The position numbers and the translations under genes were made by a program. A model generated the notes under the pieces. That model was not told where the DNA came from. It saw only the letters and a program-made list of their open reading frames with translations, and did not search any database. Shown here piece by piece: positions 9,437 through 18,530 of a stretch of 64,000 nt of DNA. The stretch is from positions 185,645-249,644 of the forward strand of contig CAKOMK010000002.1 of assembly GCA_934096645.1 (NCBI GenBank). Direction: 5' to 3'. Positions within the stretch are counted from its first letter, which is position 1, and every line of letters starts with the position of its first letter. Source of the DNA: an uncultured Bacilli bacterium (GTDB lineage: Bacteria; Bacillota_I; Bacilli_A; RF39; UBA660).

Positions 9437-10339
9437 CTACTTTAATGCTTCGATTAATTCATCTTTTTTCATAGTTGAATAACCAGCAATACCTTTTTCT
9501 TTAGCAATCTTCTTTAAATCAGAAACTGTCATTCCATCATAATCAGATTCACTGTTTTTTTCTTCTTCGAAATTATCAAGTTCAACTACTTTAGTTTCAA
9601 CTTTAATTTCTTTGGTATTTTTAGCTGTTTCATCTTCAGTTACATAATCAACTAATTCAAGACCATTAGCTTCACATACAGCGTTAGCTAATACACCTAA
9701 AACAACTTTAACACTTCTAACAGCATCATCATTTGCTGGAATTGGGAAATCTACATCATCTGGATCACAGTTAGTATCAACAATTCCAAATACAGGAATA
9801 TGTAATTTTCTAGCTTCACGAATAGCATTAATTTCTACTCTAGGATCAACAACAATGATAGCTTTTGGTAATTTATCCATTTCTCTAATTCCACCAAGAA
9901 GTTTATTTAATCTTTCATATTCTTTTTGAATTTTAGCAACTTCTTTTTTAGGAAGTAATTCAAACTTACCATCACTTTCCATTTTTTCGATTTCGATTAG
10001 TCTTTTAACTCTATCTCTAATTGTTCTAAAATTAGTTAAAGTTCCTCCTAACCATCTTTCAGTTACATAAAAACTTTTACATCTTGTTGCTTCTTCGATA
10101 CTAGCTTCTTTAGCTTGTTTCTTAGTACCAACAAATAGAACCTTACCACCATTTTCACATGCTTTAAGAAGTTCAGCGTAAGCTTCTTCTATTTTTTCAA
10201 CAGTTTTTTGTAAATCAATAATATGAATGTCATCTCTTGTTGTAAAAATGTATTCCTTCATTTTAGGATTCCATCTTTTAGCTTGATGTCCAAAATGTAC
10301 ACCAGCTTCTAATAAATAACTTTTTGCAATTACTGCCAT
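9437..10339 (-). CDS. rpsB: 30S ribosomal protein S2 with a ~70-aa C-terminal extension
   Basis: [19 protein letters not shown]..., [11 protein letters not shown]. Start reset to MAVIAKS (ATG 10339) after the AAAGGAGAG SD. C-terminus carries [31 protein letters not shown]. Confidence 0.95.
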   Translation of the reverse strand: MAVIAKSYLLEAGVHFGHQAKRWNPKMKEYIFTTRDDIHIIDLQKTVEKIEEAYAELLKACENGGKVLFVGTKKQAKEASIEEATRCKSFYVTERWLGGTLTNFRTIRDRVKRLIEIEKMESDGKFELLPKKEVAKIQKEYERLNKLLGGIREMDKLPKAIIVVDPRVEINAIREARKLHIPVFGIVDTNCDPDDVDFPIPANDDAVRSVKVVLGVLANAVCEANGLELVDYVTEDETAKNTKEIKVETKVVELDNFEEEKNSESDYDGMTVSDLKKIAKEKGIAGYSTMKKDELIEALK

Positions 10340-10455
10340 ATTTCTTCTCTCCTTTCGTTTTTTGCTTCTATTTGTCTTAAAATTAATATTCACTTAAATA
10401 ATTAAGCACTAGAATATTAAATCAACAAATATGTCTTTTTTCTTAAAGCGAAATT

Positions 10456-10484
10456 ATTTTAACACACATAATCACTTTTTTCAA
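10456..10484 (-). promoter_or_regulatory. rpsB-tsf promoter with a ~110-nt leader
   Basis: Minus strand: TTGAAA, 17-nt spacer, TAAAAT preceded by TGT (extended -10). Confidence 0.5.
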
Positions 10485-10511
10485 TAAAAAACATGCAATT
10501 TCTTGCATGTT
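10485..10511 (-). terminator. Intrinsic terminator after 10510..11817
   Basis: AACATGCAA-TTTC-TTGCATGTT plus a T-run on the minus strand. Confidence 0.7.
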
Positions 10512-11817
10512 ACATTAAACAACTTAAATCAAAATCAAATATATTGCCTATTATTTTAACAAGTGATGGAAGTAATATAATTAGTATAAGTATTATACCC
10601 ATCTTTATTGCTTTTGAATTAGCTTTTTTAAGTAGTTCTGGATTATCTCCACTAACAGCTGGTATATAAGCAGTTATTCCAAAGATTATCATAGCAAGTG
10701 CTCCAACTACTCTAATAATAGTAATTCCAACATTTACTACCTTAGTCAAATTGCTACCTAATAACTCTTCACAAGTCATATCTTCATCGGATATTTGCCA
10801 TCCATCTGGAGTACTAGGACTATCACCATTATTCTTAAATTCCAAGTTACTTTGAATATCATTCATTGTAGAATCAATTTGATCGCTTACAGCTCCTGTA
10901 GTATCTTCAATTTCTTGTTTAGTATCTTCAGAATTAACTACTTTAAGAGCACACGCAATTTGATCATCAGTAAATCCAGCGTTTCTCATTAAATTTTCAG
11001 TACTATATGCACCATTAGATGAACTGAAATAATTAGCAATACTTGTAGTACTAACACCACACTCTTTAAATTTACATGTATAAATAGAATCTTGAATATA
11101 TTTATTATTAAACGCCGTTTTCAATTCATTAATCAAAGAGTTATATACTTCGCTGTCTTTTTCATAGGCTAGTCCTTGTTGTTTCATACAATTATCAATT
11201 GCATCAGTAACAAATTTCTTTTTGTTAGAAGAACTACAAAAACTACTTGAACTAAGTTTTTTTGAAACACATGTTTTAATTTTGCCACCTGATTCAGTAT
11301 CATCAGTTGTGAATTCTAGATTCTCATCAGGAAACCACTCATATTTATCCATTTTTGTATATGAAAACACAGCTTTAGATATAGAATCATCATAAAAGAA
11401 ATATGGGGCACAACCAACATTTTTCGAAGTGACACCTTCTTCTCCTAGCACACTGGTTGATTCTGCAAGATCTTTGCTTAATACAATACGATTTTTACTA
11501 TTAATTGCAACATGTGCTTTTCCATTTCTTGTGCATCCACCATAGCCGTCTAAAACTATCTCATAAAAATATTTTCCATCTCCCGCATTATAACAAAATC
11601 CATATATTTCTCTATTTCTTTTTTTAACATCTGTATAATGTCCTTTATATGCCTTTGAATAAGATAAACCACTACACTTATGTCCTATTCCAACACTAAA
11701 ATCACATTTTCTGCCTTTAAAGTCATCAATACAAGAAGTTGCTTCAGCAAATAAAGTTGAACTGAATAACATAAATGTCATCAAAAATAAAAATACGCCT
11801 TTAAAATACTTTTTCAT
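10510..11817 (-). CDS. Secreted Cys-rich protein with a C-terminal two-helix membrane module
   Basis: Signal peptide MKKYFKGVFLFLMTFMLFSSTLFAEA and a ~330-aa extracellular part. The C-terminal ~100 aa are shared with 11892..12284 and end in GNIFDFDLSCLM. Confidence 0.5.
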   Translation of the reverse strand: MKKYFKGVFLFLMTFMLFSSTLFAEATSCIDDFKGRKCDFSVGIGHKCSGLSYSKAYKGHYTDVKKRNREIYGFCYNAGDGKYFYEIVLDGYGGCTRNGKAHVAINSKNRIVLSKDLAESTSVLGEEGVTSKNVGCAPYFFYDDSISKAVFSYTKMDKYEWFPDENLEFTTDDTESGGKIKTCVSKKLSSSSFCSSSNKKKFVTDAIDNCMKQQGLAYEKDSEVYNSLINELKTAFNNKYIQDSIYTCKFKECGVSTTSIANYFSSSNGAYSTENLMRNAGFTDDQIACALKVVNSEDTKQEIEDTTGAVSDQIDSTMNDIQSNLEFKNNGDSPSTPDGWQISDEDMTCEELLGSNLTKVVNVGITIIRVVGALAMIIFGITAYIPAVSGDNPELLKKANSKAIKMGIILILIILLPSLVKIIGNIFDFDLSCLM

Positions 11818-11871
11818 ATAATCACCTACACTACTAAAACAATTTTATCATTACAAAAAATATATTTCAAT

Positions 11872-11893
11872 AAAAAAGACACAAAAAGTGTCT
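11872..11893 (-). terminator. Intrinsic terminator after 11892..12284
   Basis: AGACAC-AAAAA-GTGTCT plus a T-run on the minus strand. Confidence 0.55.
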
Positions 11894-12284
11894 ACATCAA
11901 GCAAGATAAATCAAAATCAAATATATTACCTATTACTTTAACTAAAGTTGGTAATAGTAAAATTAAAATTAAAATTATTATCATTTTAACTGCTTTACTC
12001 AATGCTTTATTTAATTCTTTTGGATCATCATTCATAACCACAGGTAAAAACATAATAATTCCATATAAGATAGTAGCAATCGCAGCTACAACTTTAACTA
12101 TAGTTACACCTAAATGAACTATTTTAGTTAAATTACTACCAAGTATTTCTTCACAAGTCATATCATTATCAGATATTTTCCATCCATCAGGTGTCTCTAT
12201 TCCAGTATCACTAGCAGCACTTAAACTTGTGATATTTATAAATAATAAACTTATTAATAATAAATAATAAATAACTTTCTTCAT
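11892..12284 (-). CDS. Small secreted/membrane protein; minimal paralogue of the C-terminal module of 10510..11817
   Basis: Start reset to MKKVIYYLLL after the AAAGGGGGA SD. Signal peptide ...SLSAA, then TPDGWKISDNDMTCEEILGSNLTKIV, two hydrophobic helices and GNIFDFDLSCLM. Confidence 0.5.
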   Translation of the reverse strand: MKKVIYYLLLISLLFINITSLSAASDTGIETPDGWKISDNDMTCEEILGSNLTKIVHLGVTIVKVVAAIATILYGIIMFLPVVMNDDPKELNKALSKAVKMIIILILILLLPTLVKVIGNIFDFDLSCLM

Positions 12285-12376
12285 ATTATCCCCCTTTAAA
12301 AGGTAAGTATTATTATAACATACAAACAATGAAAAATGAATATTTAATTAGTTTACACTATCAAATAATACTTTTT

Positions 12377-12405
12377 TTGAAAAAATAGTACAAATATAGT
12401 ATAAT
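12377..12405 (+). promoter_or_regulatory. recU-ponA promoter
   Basis: TTGAAA (12377-12382), 17-nt spacer, TATAAT (12400-12405). Confidence 0.6.
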
Positions 12406-12421
12406 TATATTGGTGATTTTG

Positions 12422-12949
12422 ATGAAGAACCCTTCATTTAAAAATAGAGGTATGTTTTTAGAAAATATATTAAATGATACGAATACATATTATAACAGTA
12501 TAGAAAAATGTTTAATATATAAAAAACCTACACCTATCAAAGTATTAAATGTAAGTTATCCTTCAAATTCATCACATTTAATAGATAAAGCCGTTTATTC
12601 AAATATATCTACATTAGATTATAATGGTATTTATAGAGAAAAGTATATTGAATTTGATGCTAAAGAATGTCACTCTAAAACATCATTTCCACTTGCTAAT
12701 ATAAAAGACCATCAATTAGAACATATTAAAAGAGTTTTAAAACAAAAAGGAATAGTATTTCTAATTATATTTATGAATGACAAGTTTTATTTATTAAAGG
12801 GAGAAGATTTAATAGACTTTATAAATAATAATGAAAGAAAATCTATTGAATATGATTATATTGAGAAAAAAGGATATCAAATAAAAGAAAGCTATACACC
12901 TAGATTAAAATATTTAGATTGTGTAGATGAAGCTTACTTTAAGGAGTAA
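12422..12949 (+). CDS. recU: Holliday-junction resolvase RecU
   Basis: NRGMFLENILNDTN...DYNGIY...FDAKEC pattern; immediately precedes ponA as in B. subtilis. Confidence 0.85.
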   Translation: MKNPSFKNRGMFLENILNDTNTYYNSIEKCLIYKKPTPIKVLNVSYPSNSSHLIDKAVYSNISTLDYNGIYREKYIEFDAKECHSKTSFPLANIKDHQLEHIKRVLKQKGIVFLIIFMNDKFYLLKGEDLIDFINNNERKSIEYDYIEKKGYQIKESYTPRLKYLDCVDEAYFKE

Positions 12950-12950
12950 T

Positions 12951-15761
12951 ATGAAAAAGAAAATATTATCGAAAACTAAAAAAGAAAAACCAGTAGAAAA
13001 AACACCTAAGGTTAAAACTGGTAAAAAGAAAATAAGAATTTGGTATTGGATTATGGTAGCCATAGTTTCACTAGCAATACTTTGCATTCTAGCTGGAATT
13101 GGATTTTGCTATTATATAGTTAAGAGTGCTCCAGAATATGACATTAACCAAATGTTTGAGAAAGAAGCATCAAGAGTATTTAGTTCTGAAGGTGACTTAA
13201 TTGCGACATTAGGTACTGAACAAAGACAAAAAGTTAGTTATTATGAACTTCCACAAGTATTAATTGATGCAATTATTGCTACAGAAGACTCAAGATTTTT
13301 CCAACACAACGGATTTGATGCACCAAGATTCTTAAAAGCATCATTTAGTCAAGTACTTGGAAGAGGTGGTGGTGGTGCCTCTACTCTAACAATGCAACTT
13401 TCAAAATTAGCATTTACTGATTTTGTTAGTGAAGGATTTGATGGTATAGTAAGAAAATTTACAGATATATATATGGCTGTATTCAAAATGGAAAAAAATC
13501 TTACTAAAGAAGAAATCATTGAATATTATGTAAATACACCTTGTATGGGTGGAAATATATATGGTGTACAACAAGCAAGTCAATATTATTTTGGAAAAGA
13601 TGTTAAAGATTTGAACTTAGTAGAAGCTGCTCAAATAGCTGGTATGTTCCAATCACCTAACGGATATAATCCATACGTTAATCCAAACGATGCAAATGAT
13701 AGAAAAAATACTGTATTATATCTTATGAAAAGACATGGTTATATTAGTGAAGAACAATATAATGCTGGTAAAGCTGTTAAGATTGCAGATATGTTATCTC
13801 ACTCTACTACAGCAACAAATGAATATCAAGGATTTATTGATACAGTAGTTCAAGAAATAATAGATAAAACTGGAAATAATCCATATAATGTTCCAATGGA
13901 TATATATACAACAATGATTACTTCTAAACAAAATGCTATAAATGATTTTTATAAAAATTATAAATTTAGAAAAGATAAACAAGATGCAGGAATTGCAGTA
14001 GTTGATGTAAATACTGGTGCTTTAGTAGCAGTTGGTGCTGGTAAAAATAAAACTGGTGCTATGACATTAAACTTAGCTACATTCCATGGTCAAACAAAAA
14101 GAATGCCTGGTTCAACAGCAAAACCAATAATTGATTATGGACCAGCTATTGAATATGAAAATTTAAGTACATATGGACCATTCATAGATGAAAAAACTCC
14201 ATATGGAAGTGGATACATGAGAAACTTTAATGGAAGCAATAAAGGATTCATGACAACAAGAGATTGCTTAAAAAATTCAGTTAACACATGTGCACTACAA
14301 GCATTCAGACTTACTACAAATGAACAAAAATATGAATTTGCTACAAGCTTAGGAATTGATTTTGGAGATACAACTAAACTTCCAGACTCATATTCAATTG
14401 GTACATTTAATAGTGCTACCCCAGTAGTTCTTGCTGGTGCCTACTCTGCTTTCGCAAATGGAGGTTACTACACAGAACCTTATTCATTCACTAAAATAAT
14501 TTATAGAGAATCAGAAGAAACATATGAGCCAAAACATGAAAGAAATAGAGTTATGAAAGAAACTACTGCTTACATGATCACAAGTATATTAACTAGTGCA
14601 ACAAGTGGTTCAGTTAAAGTTTCAGGAACTCAAATAGCTACTAAAACTGGTACAACATCTTATGATACAGACTTCTTAAAGAAATTTAAATTATCAAGTT
14701 CAGTAATCCCAGATTCATGGACATCAAGTTATACAAAAGATTATGCTATGGCAATTTGGCTAGGATTCCCAGAAGGATTAACAGAACAAAATGCTAAAGA
14801 TAAACAATATATGTTGATGAGTCAAGCAAACACAGATAGAGTTAAAATACAAGCAAAACTTGCCAAAGGAATATATGAAACAAACGCTAAATTCACAAGA
14901 CCTAAAGGTTTAACAAACTCAAGCGTTGAATTAGAAACTATCCCAGCAGCTTCACCAAGTGATTACACACCAAAGAGTTTAAAAGGAGAATTCATGTTTA
15001 TAAGTGGAACTGAACCAAGTGAAACTTCTACAAGATTCTCAAAATTATCTTCACCAATCAATGTAAATTATAGTATCAATGGAAAACAAGTTACTCTATC
15101 ATGGGTATCACCTGGTACACCAAATGCTGTAGATCAAACATACTTAACCAATTACTTTAATGAAGGATATTCAATTTGGGCAGAAGATTATTTAAATAAA
15201 AGAATTACATATAACAAAAATAATATTGGAGACTTTGGATTTGATGTTTACCTAACACAAGGTACTACAGAAAAATATATCGCATGGATTAGTGATACAA
15301 CTTATACAATTGATTTAAGTGCTTATCCTGGATATGATGGAGCAATAATTAGAAGCTCATATTCAAAATTCAAATCTAATGCAAGTGAAGGAGTAAAATT
15401 ATTATTTACAAACAATACTCCAGTTACTCCAGATAATCCAGTCACACCGAGTGATGAAATTAAAGATAGTGATATTGAAGTAAAAATGAATGGATTAAAT
15501 CAAGTAATAAAAGTTGGAGATAAATTAAGTGAACTTACAAGTTCTGCAATAGATTCAATAAAATATAAATCAACTGATATTAAAACAGATGTTACAGGAT
15601 TAAATGTTTCAGTAACAAATGTTACAAAAGATAATAATAAAACAGAATTTAGTAAAATAAATACATCAGCTGGAACATATAAAATAACATATTCAGTAAC
15701 ATTTACTTATAAATCAAAATCTATATCAAGAACATTTACTCAATCAATATTAGTTAAATAA
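12951..15761 (+). CDS. ponA: Bifunctional class A penicillin-binding protein (PBP1A: glycosyltransferase + transpeptidase)
   Basis: GT51 motifs EDSRFFQHNGFD and GASTLTMQL; transpeptidase SxxK (STAKP). ATG at 12951 follows the AAGGAG SD. Long C-terminal extension. Confidence 0.9.
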   Translation: MKKKILSKTKKEKPVEKTPKVKTGKKKIRIWYWIMVAIVSLAILCILAGIGFCYYIVKSAPEYDINQMFEKEASRVFSSEGDLIATLGTEQRQKVSYYELPQVLIDAIIATEDSRFFQHNGFDAPRFLKASFSQVLGRGGGGASTLTMQLSKLAFTDFVSEGFDGIVRKFTDIYMAVFKMEKNLTKEEIIEYYVNTPCMGGNIYGVQQASQYYFGKDVKDLNLVEAAQIAGMFQSPNGYNPYVNPNDANDRKNTVLYLMKRHGYISEEQYNAGKAVKIADMLSHSTTATNEYQGFIDTVVQEIIDKTGNNPYNVPMDIYTTMITSKQNAINDFYKNYKFRKDKQDAGIAVVDVNTGALVAVGAGKNKTGAMTLNLATFHGQTKRMPGSTAKPIIDYGPAIEYENLSTYGPFIDEKTPYGSGYMRNFNGSNKGFMTTRDCLKNSVNTCALQAFRLTTNEQKYEFATSLGIDFGDTTKLPDSYSIGTFNSATPVVLAGAYSAFANGGYYTEPYSFTKIIYRESEETYEPKHERNRVMKETTAYMITSILTSATSGSVKVSGTQIATKTGTTSYDTDFLKKFKLSSSVIPDSWTSSYTKDYAMAIWLGFPEGLTEQNAKDKQYMLMSQANTDRVKIQAKLAKGIYETNAKFTRPKGLTNSSVELETIPAASPSDYTPKSLKGEFMFISGTEPSETSTRFSKLSSPINVNYSINGKQVTLSWVSPGTPNAVDQTYLTNYFNEGYSIWAEDYLNKRITYNKNNIGDFGFDVYLTQGTTEKYIAWISDTTYTIDLSAYPGYDGAIIRSSYSKFKSNASEGVKLLFTNNTPVTPDNPVTPSDEIKDSDIEVKMNGLNQVIKVGDKLSELTSSAIDSIKYKSTDIKTDVTGLNVSVTNVTKDNNKTEFSKINTSAGTYKITYSVTFTYKSKSISRTFTQSILVK

Positions 15762-15764
15762 AAT

Positions 15765-15793
15765 AAAAGCCATTAGAAATTCTAATGGCTTTT
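15765..15793. terminator. Bidirectional terminator between ponA (+) and nth (-)
   Basis: AAAAGCCATTAGA-AAT-TCTAATGGCTTTT, a 13-bp stem. Confidence 0.8.
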
Positions 15794-16405
15794 ATAATAC
15801 TTACAAATACTTTTTAAATTACATGATTCACAACTAGGATTTTTACTCTTACAAACATATCTTCCAAATAAAACCATTTGTGAATTAATTCTATTCCACT
15901 TCTCTTTTTCAAAATATTTTTTTAGTTTCACTTCAGTACTAATAACATCATCAGAATCTTTAGTGATACATAATCTATTTGAAACTCTAAATACATGAGT
16001 ATCAACTGCAAAAGAAGGTTCATTAAATAACAATCCAAGTACTACACTAGCTGTTTTTCTACCAACACCTGGTAAACTTTCTAAATATTCTCTATCATTA
16101 GGTACATATCCTATTTTAAGTAATTCAGAAACAATAACTTTAAAATTTTTAGACTTAGTGTTATGAAAACCAAGTCTTCTAATATAATTATCTATTTCAC
16201 TTACACTTAAAGTATTTAATTTTTCTAAACTATCATATTTACTATACAAAGGACCAGTAACTATATTAACACTTTTATCAGTAGTTTGAGCAGATAACAT
16301 AACAGATAATAATAATTCATAATCATGAGTATAATTTAGTTCACATCTAGCATCATAAAATAATCTATCTAATTCATTTTCTATTACTTCTCTATTCATT
16401 ATCAT
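15782..16405 (-). CDS. nth: Endonuclease III
   Basis: HhH-GPD motif LPGVGRKTASVVL and C-terminal 4Fe-4S cluster CX6CX2CX5C (CKSKNPSCESCNLKSIC). Confidence 0.9.
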   Translation of the reverse strand: MIMNREVIENELDRLFYDARCELNYTHDYELLLSVMLSAQTTDKSVNIVTGPLYSKYDSLEKLNTLSVSEIDNYIRRLGFHNTKSKNFKVIVSELLKIGYVPNDREYLESLPGVGRKTASVVLGLLFNEPSFAVDTHVFRVSNRLCITKDSDDVISTEVKLKKYFEKEKWNRINSQMVLFGRYVCKSKNPSCESCNLKSICKYYKSH

Positions 16406-16988
16406 CTAACCAATCATAATCAAACATTTCCTCATTCTCTTTTTCTTCTTTAACACGCTTTTTAACACCATTCTTAGTCCATTCATAAATAATTTTATCA
16501 ATATACTTAAAATTCCTAACATCGTTTAAAATAGCTTCTTTTAATGCATTTTTAATAGTTTCCTCACTAACCCCTTGTTGTAACCATTTATTAATAAGTT
16601 CATACTCATAAGAAGACAAAGTTCTAGCAAGTTCACTCTCAAATAAACTATAAATATCACTACTCTTATCCTCAGACTTCTTATTCAAAAGTAATCTATC
16701 ATAAAAAGGATCTAATTTAATTTGTTCAATAACTTCCCCATTCTTATTAGTAACAACCATCTCAATATATTTTTTATTTAATAGACTACTAAAAGTATTA
16801 AAAATCTTATCATCATCAAAGCCAAGCTTATCTTTAATATCATCATTATTTAAATAATTAGATACATTTATAAAGTATAAAACAAGTAAAAACTCATCTA
16901 ATGTAATATCAAGATTACTAATACACTTAATAACATTAGAATTAATAACAAAATCTTTACTAGTAAATACACTTCTTAAATCACTCAT
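16392..16988 (-). CDS. dnaD: DnaD-domain replication initiation protein
   Basis: Winged-helix-like N-terminus, C-terminal DnaD-like region (…LINKWLQQG…IIYEWTKNGV), acidic tail; dnaD-nth adjacency as in B. subtilis. Confidence 0.6.
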   Translation of the reverse strand: MSDLRSVFTSKDFVINSNVIKCISNLDITLDEFLLVLYFINVSNYLNNDDIKDKLGFDDDKIFNTFSSLLNKKYIEMVVTNKNGEVIEQIKLDPFYDRLLLNKKSEDKSSDIYSLFESELARTLSSYEYELINKWLQQGVSEETIKNALKEAILNDVRNFKYIDKIIYEWTKNGVKKRVKEEKENEEMFDYDWLDDNE

Positions 16989-18042
16989 AATTTCTCTTTC
17001 TCAAAAATTTCTCAATAGAATAACTATTATTATCAAGTTTACCTTCAATAATATTTCTCTCTATTATTTTATAAATCTTTCTGATATTATTAACACTTAC
17101 ATAGTTTAACATTGTATTTATAGAAATATCTATATCAATAATACTATGCAAATCTTCAAGCCCTTTCATAGCTTCTACTTCTTTATCCATATTAAGAATT
17201 CTTGCTGCATTCATAATAATATCACTATCATACTCTTTTAAATCAGAAAAATCTATATAATATTTACTCAAAATAGTTTTTATTTTATTTATTTTATTTT
17301 TTTCTACTCTAGTAAAAGGTAAATCACTCACTATTTGAGCCCAAACTCCATATCTATCATAAACATTAGATATCTTTTTTAATTTAATATTTAAATATTC
17401 TTCTAGTTTAAAATATGTAACTAAAGAATAAAATTTATTATATCCTCCCTCATCAAATATTTTATCTAATTCTTTTTTTATATATTCTCTAGGAATATCT
17501 TTTAAATAACTTCCATGTTTAGATAAGAAAGACATTATTTCCATATTTAAATTAAAGTCTAAGGTACAACAAAGTCTTATAGCTCTAATTATTCTAGTCT
17601 TATCTTCAGTAAGTCTCTTTTCAGTATCACCAACTACTTTAATAGTTTTAGAATTTAAGTCATTCTTACTATTCAATATATCAACTAATTTACCTCCACT
17701 ATCTATAGCTAAAGTATTAATAGTAAAATCTCTTCTTTCTAAATCTTCTTTTAAAGTTCTAGCATATTCTAATTTAGTTGGTTTATTATTTTTATATTTT
17801 AGTTCTTTTCTATAAGATGTAATATCATAAGAATATCCATCTCTATCTAAATGATAACTAAAATATTTATCATAAGACTTACCAGCATCTTTAAATATTT
17901 CCTTTATTTCATCAATACTTGCATTAGTACAAATATCAATATCACGAGAGTCTATTCCAAGCAAATAATCTCTAACATAACCACCTACTATATAGGCTTC
18001 ATAACCATTATTTTTTAATTTTTCTACTATACTATTATTCAT
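16981..18042 (-). CDS. cca: tRNA nucleotidyltransferase (CCA-adding enzyme family)
   Basis: Class II nucleotidyltransferase head motif YIVGGYVRDYLLGIDSRDIDICT and RDFTINTLA. Confidence 0.7.
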   Translation of the reverse strand: MNNSIVEKLKNNGYEAYIVGGYVRDYLLGIDSRDIDICTNASIDEIKEIFKDAGKSYDKYFSYHLDRDGYSYDITSYRKELKYKNNKPTKLEYARTLKEDLERRDFTINTLAIDSGGKLVDILNSKNDLNSKTIKVVGDTEKRLTEDKTRIIRAIRLCCTLDFNLNMEIMSFLSKHGSYLKDIPREYIKKELDKIFDEGGYNKFYSLVTYFKLEEYLNIKLKKISNVYDRYGVWAQIVSDLPFTRVEKNKINKIKTILSKYYIDFSDLKEYDSDIIMNAARILNMDKEVEAMKGLEDLHSIIDIDISINTMLNYVSVNNIRKIYKIIERNIIEGKLDNNSYSIEKFLRKRNYE

Positions 18043-18080
18043 ATACTAATAATATCACAATGAGTAAAAAAAGTCATTAA

Positions 18081-18102
18081 AAAAAGCCCTCATGGGCCTT
18101 TT
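18081..18102 (-). terminator. Intrinsic terminator after hup
   Basis: Minus strand: AAGGCCC-ATGA-GGGCTTTTTTT. Confidence 0.6.
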
Positions 18103-18105
18103 AAA

Positions 18106-18378
18106 TTAATTTAAAGCGTCTTTTAATTTACTTCCAGCTTTAAATCCAGCAACAACTTTTGCAGGAATCTTAATTGACTTCTTAGTTAAAGGATTAATTC
18201 CTTCTCTAGCAGCTCTTTTTTTAGCTGTGAAAGTTCCAAATCCAACTAGTGCAACTTTTCCTTCTTTTTTAAGACCAGTTGTGATTCCTTCAATTGTAGC
18301 ATCTAATGCTCTAGTAGCATCAGCTTTAGTTAATCCAGCTTTTGCAGCAATGAATTCTACTAATTCAGTTTTACTCAT
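18106..18378 (-). CDS. hup: DNA-binding protein HU
   Basis: 90 aa with MSKTELVEFIA...GFGTF...RAAREGINPLTKKSIKIPA; typical HU/IHF fold signature. Confidence 0.9.
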   Translation of the reverse strand: MSKTELVEFIAAKAGLTKADATRALDATIEGITTGLKKEGKVALVGFGTFTAKKRAAREGINPLTKKSIKIPAKVVAGFKAGSKLKDALN

Positions 18379-18505
18379 CGTAAATTACCTCCCATATTAT
18401 TAAGCATCGCCTACATATACAATGCTTATACATCAATTGTAGCATAACTACCTAAAATTGCAAGTAATTATGAACTTTTTTTACAAATTATTCATATTTT
18501 ACAAA

Positions 18506-18530
18506 CAAAAAGATGTATCAAAACATCTCT
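18506..18530 (-). terminator. Intrinsic terminator after topA
   Basis: Minus strand: AGATGT-TTTGAT-ACATCT followed by TTTTTG. Confidence 0.55.

Noticed and set aside
10510-12284. Conjugative element or type IV secretion locus
   Set aside because: Only pilin-like topology is present. The window contains no VirB4/VirD4 ATPases, VirB6-like channel, relaxase, integrase or att-like repeats, and the flanks are core genes (rpsB, recU). It is retained as a finding about the protein module only.
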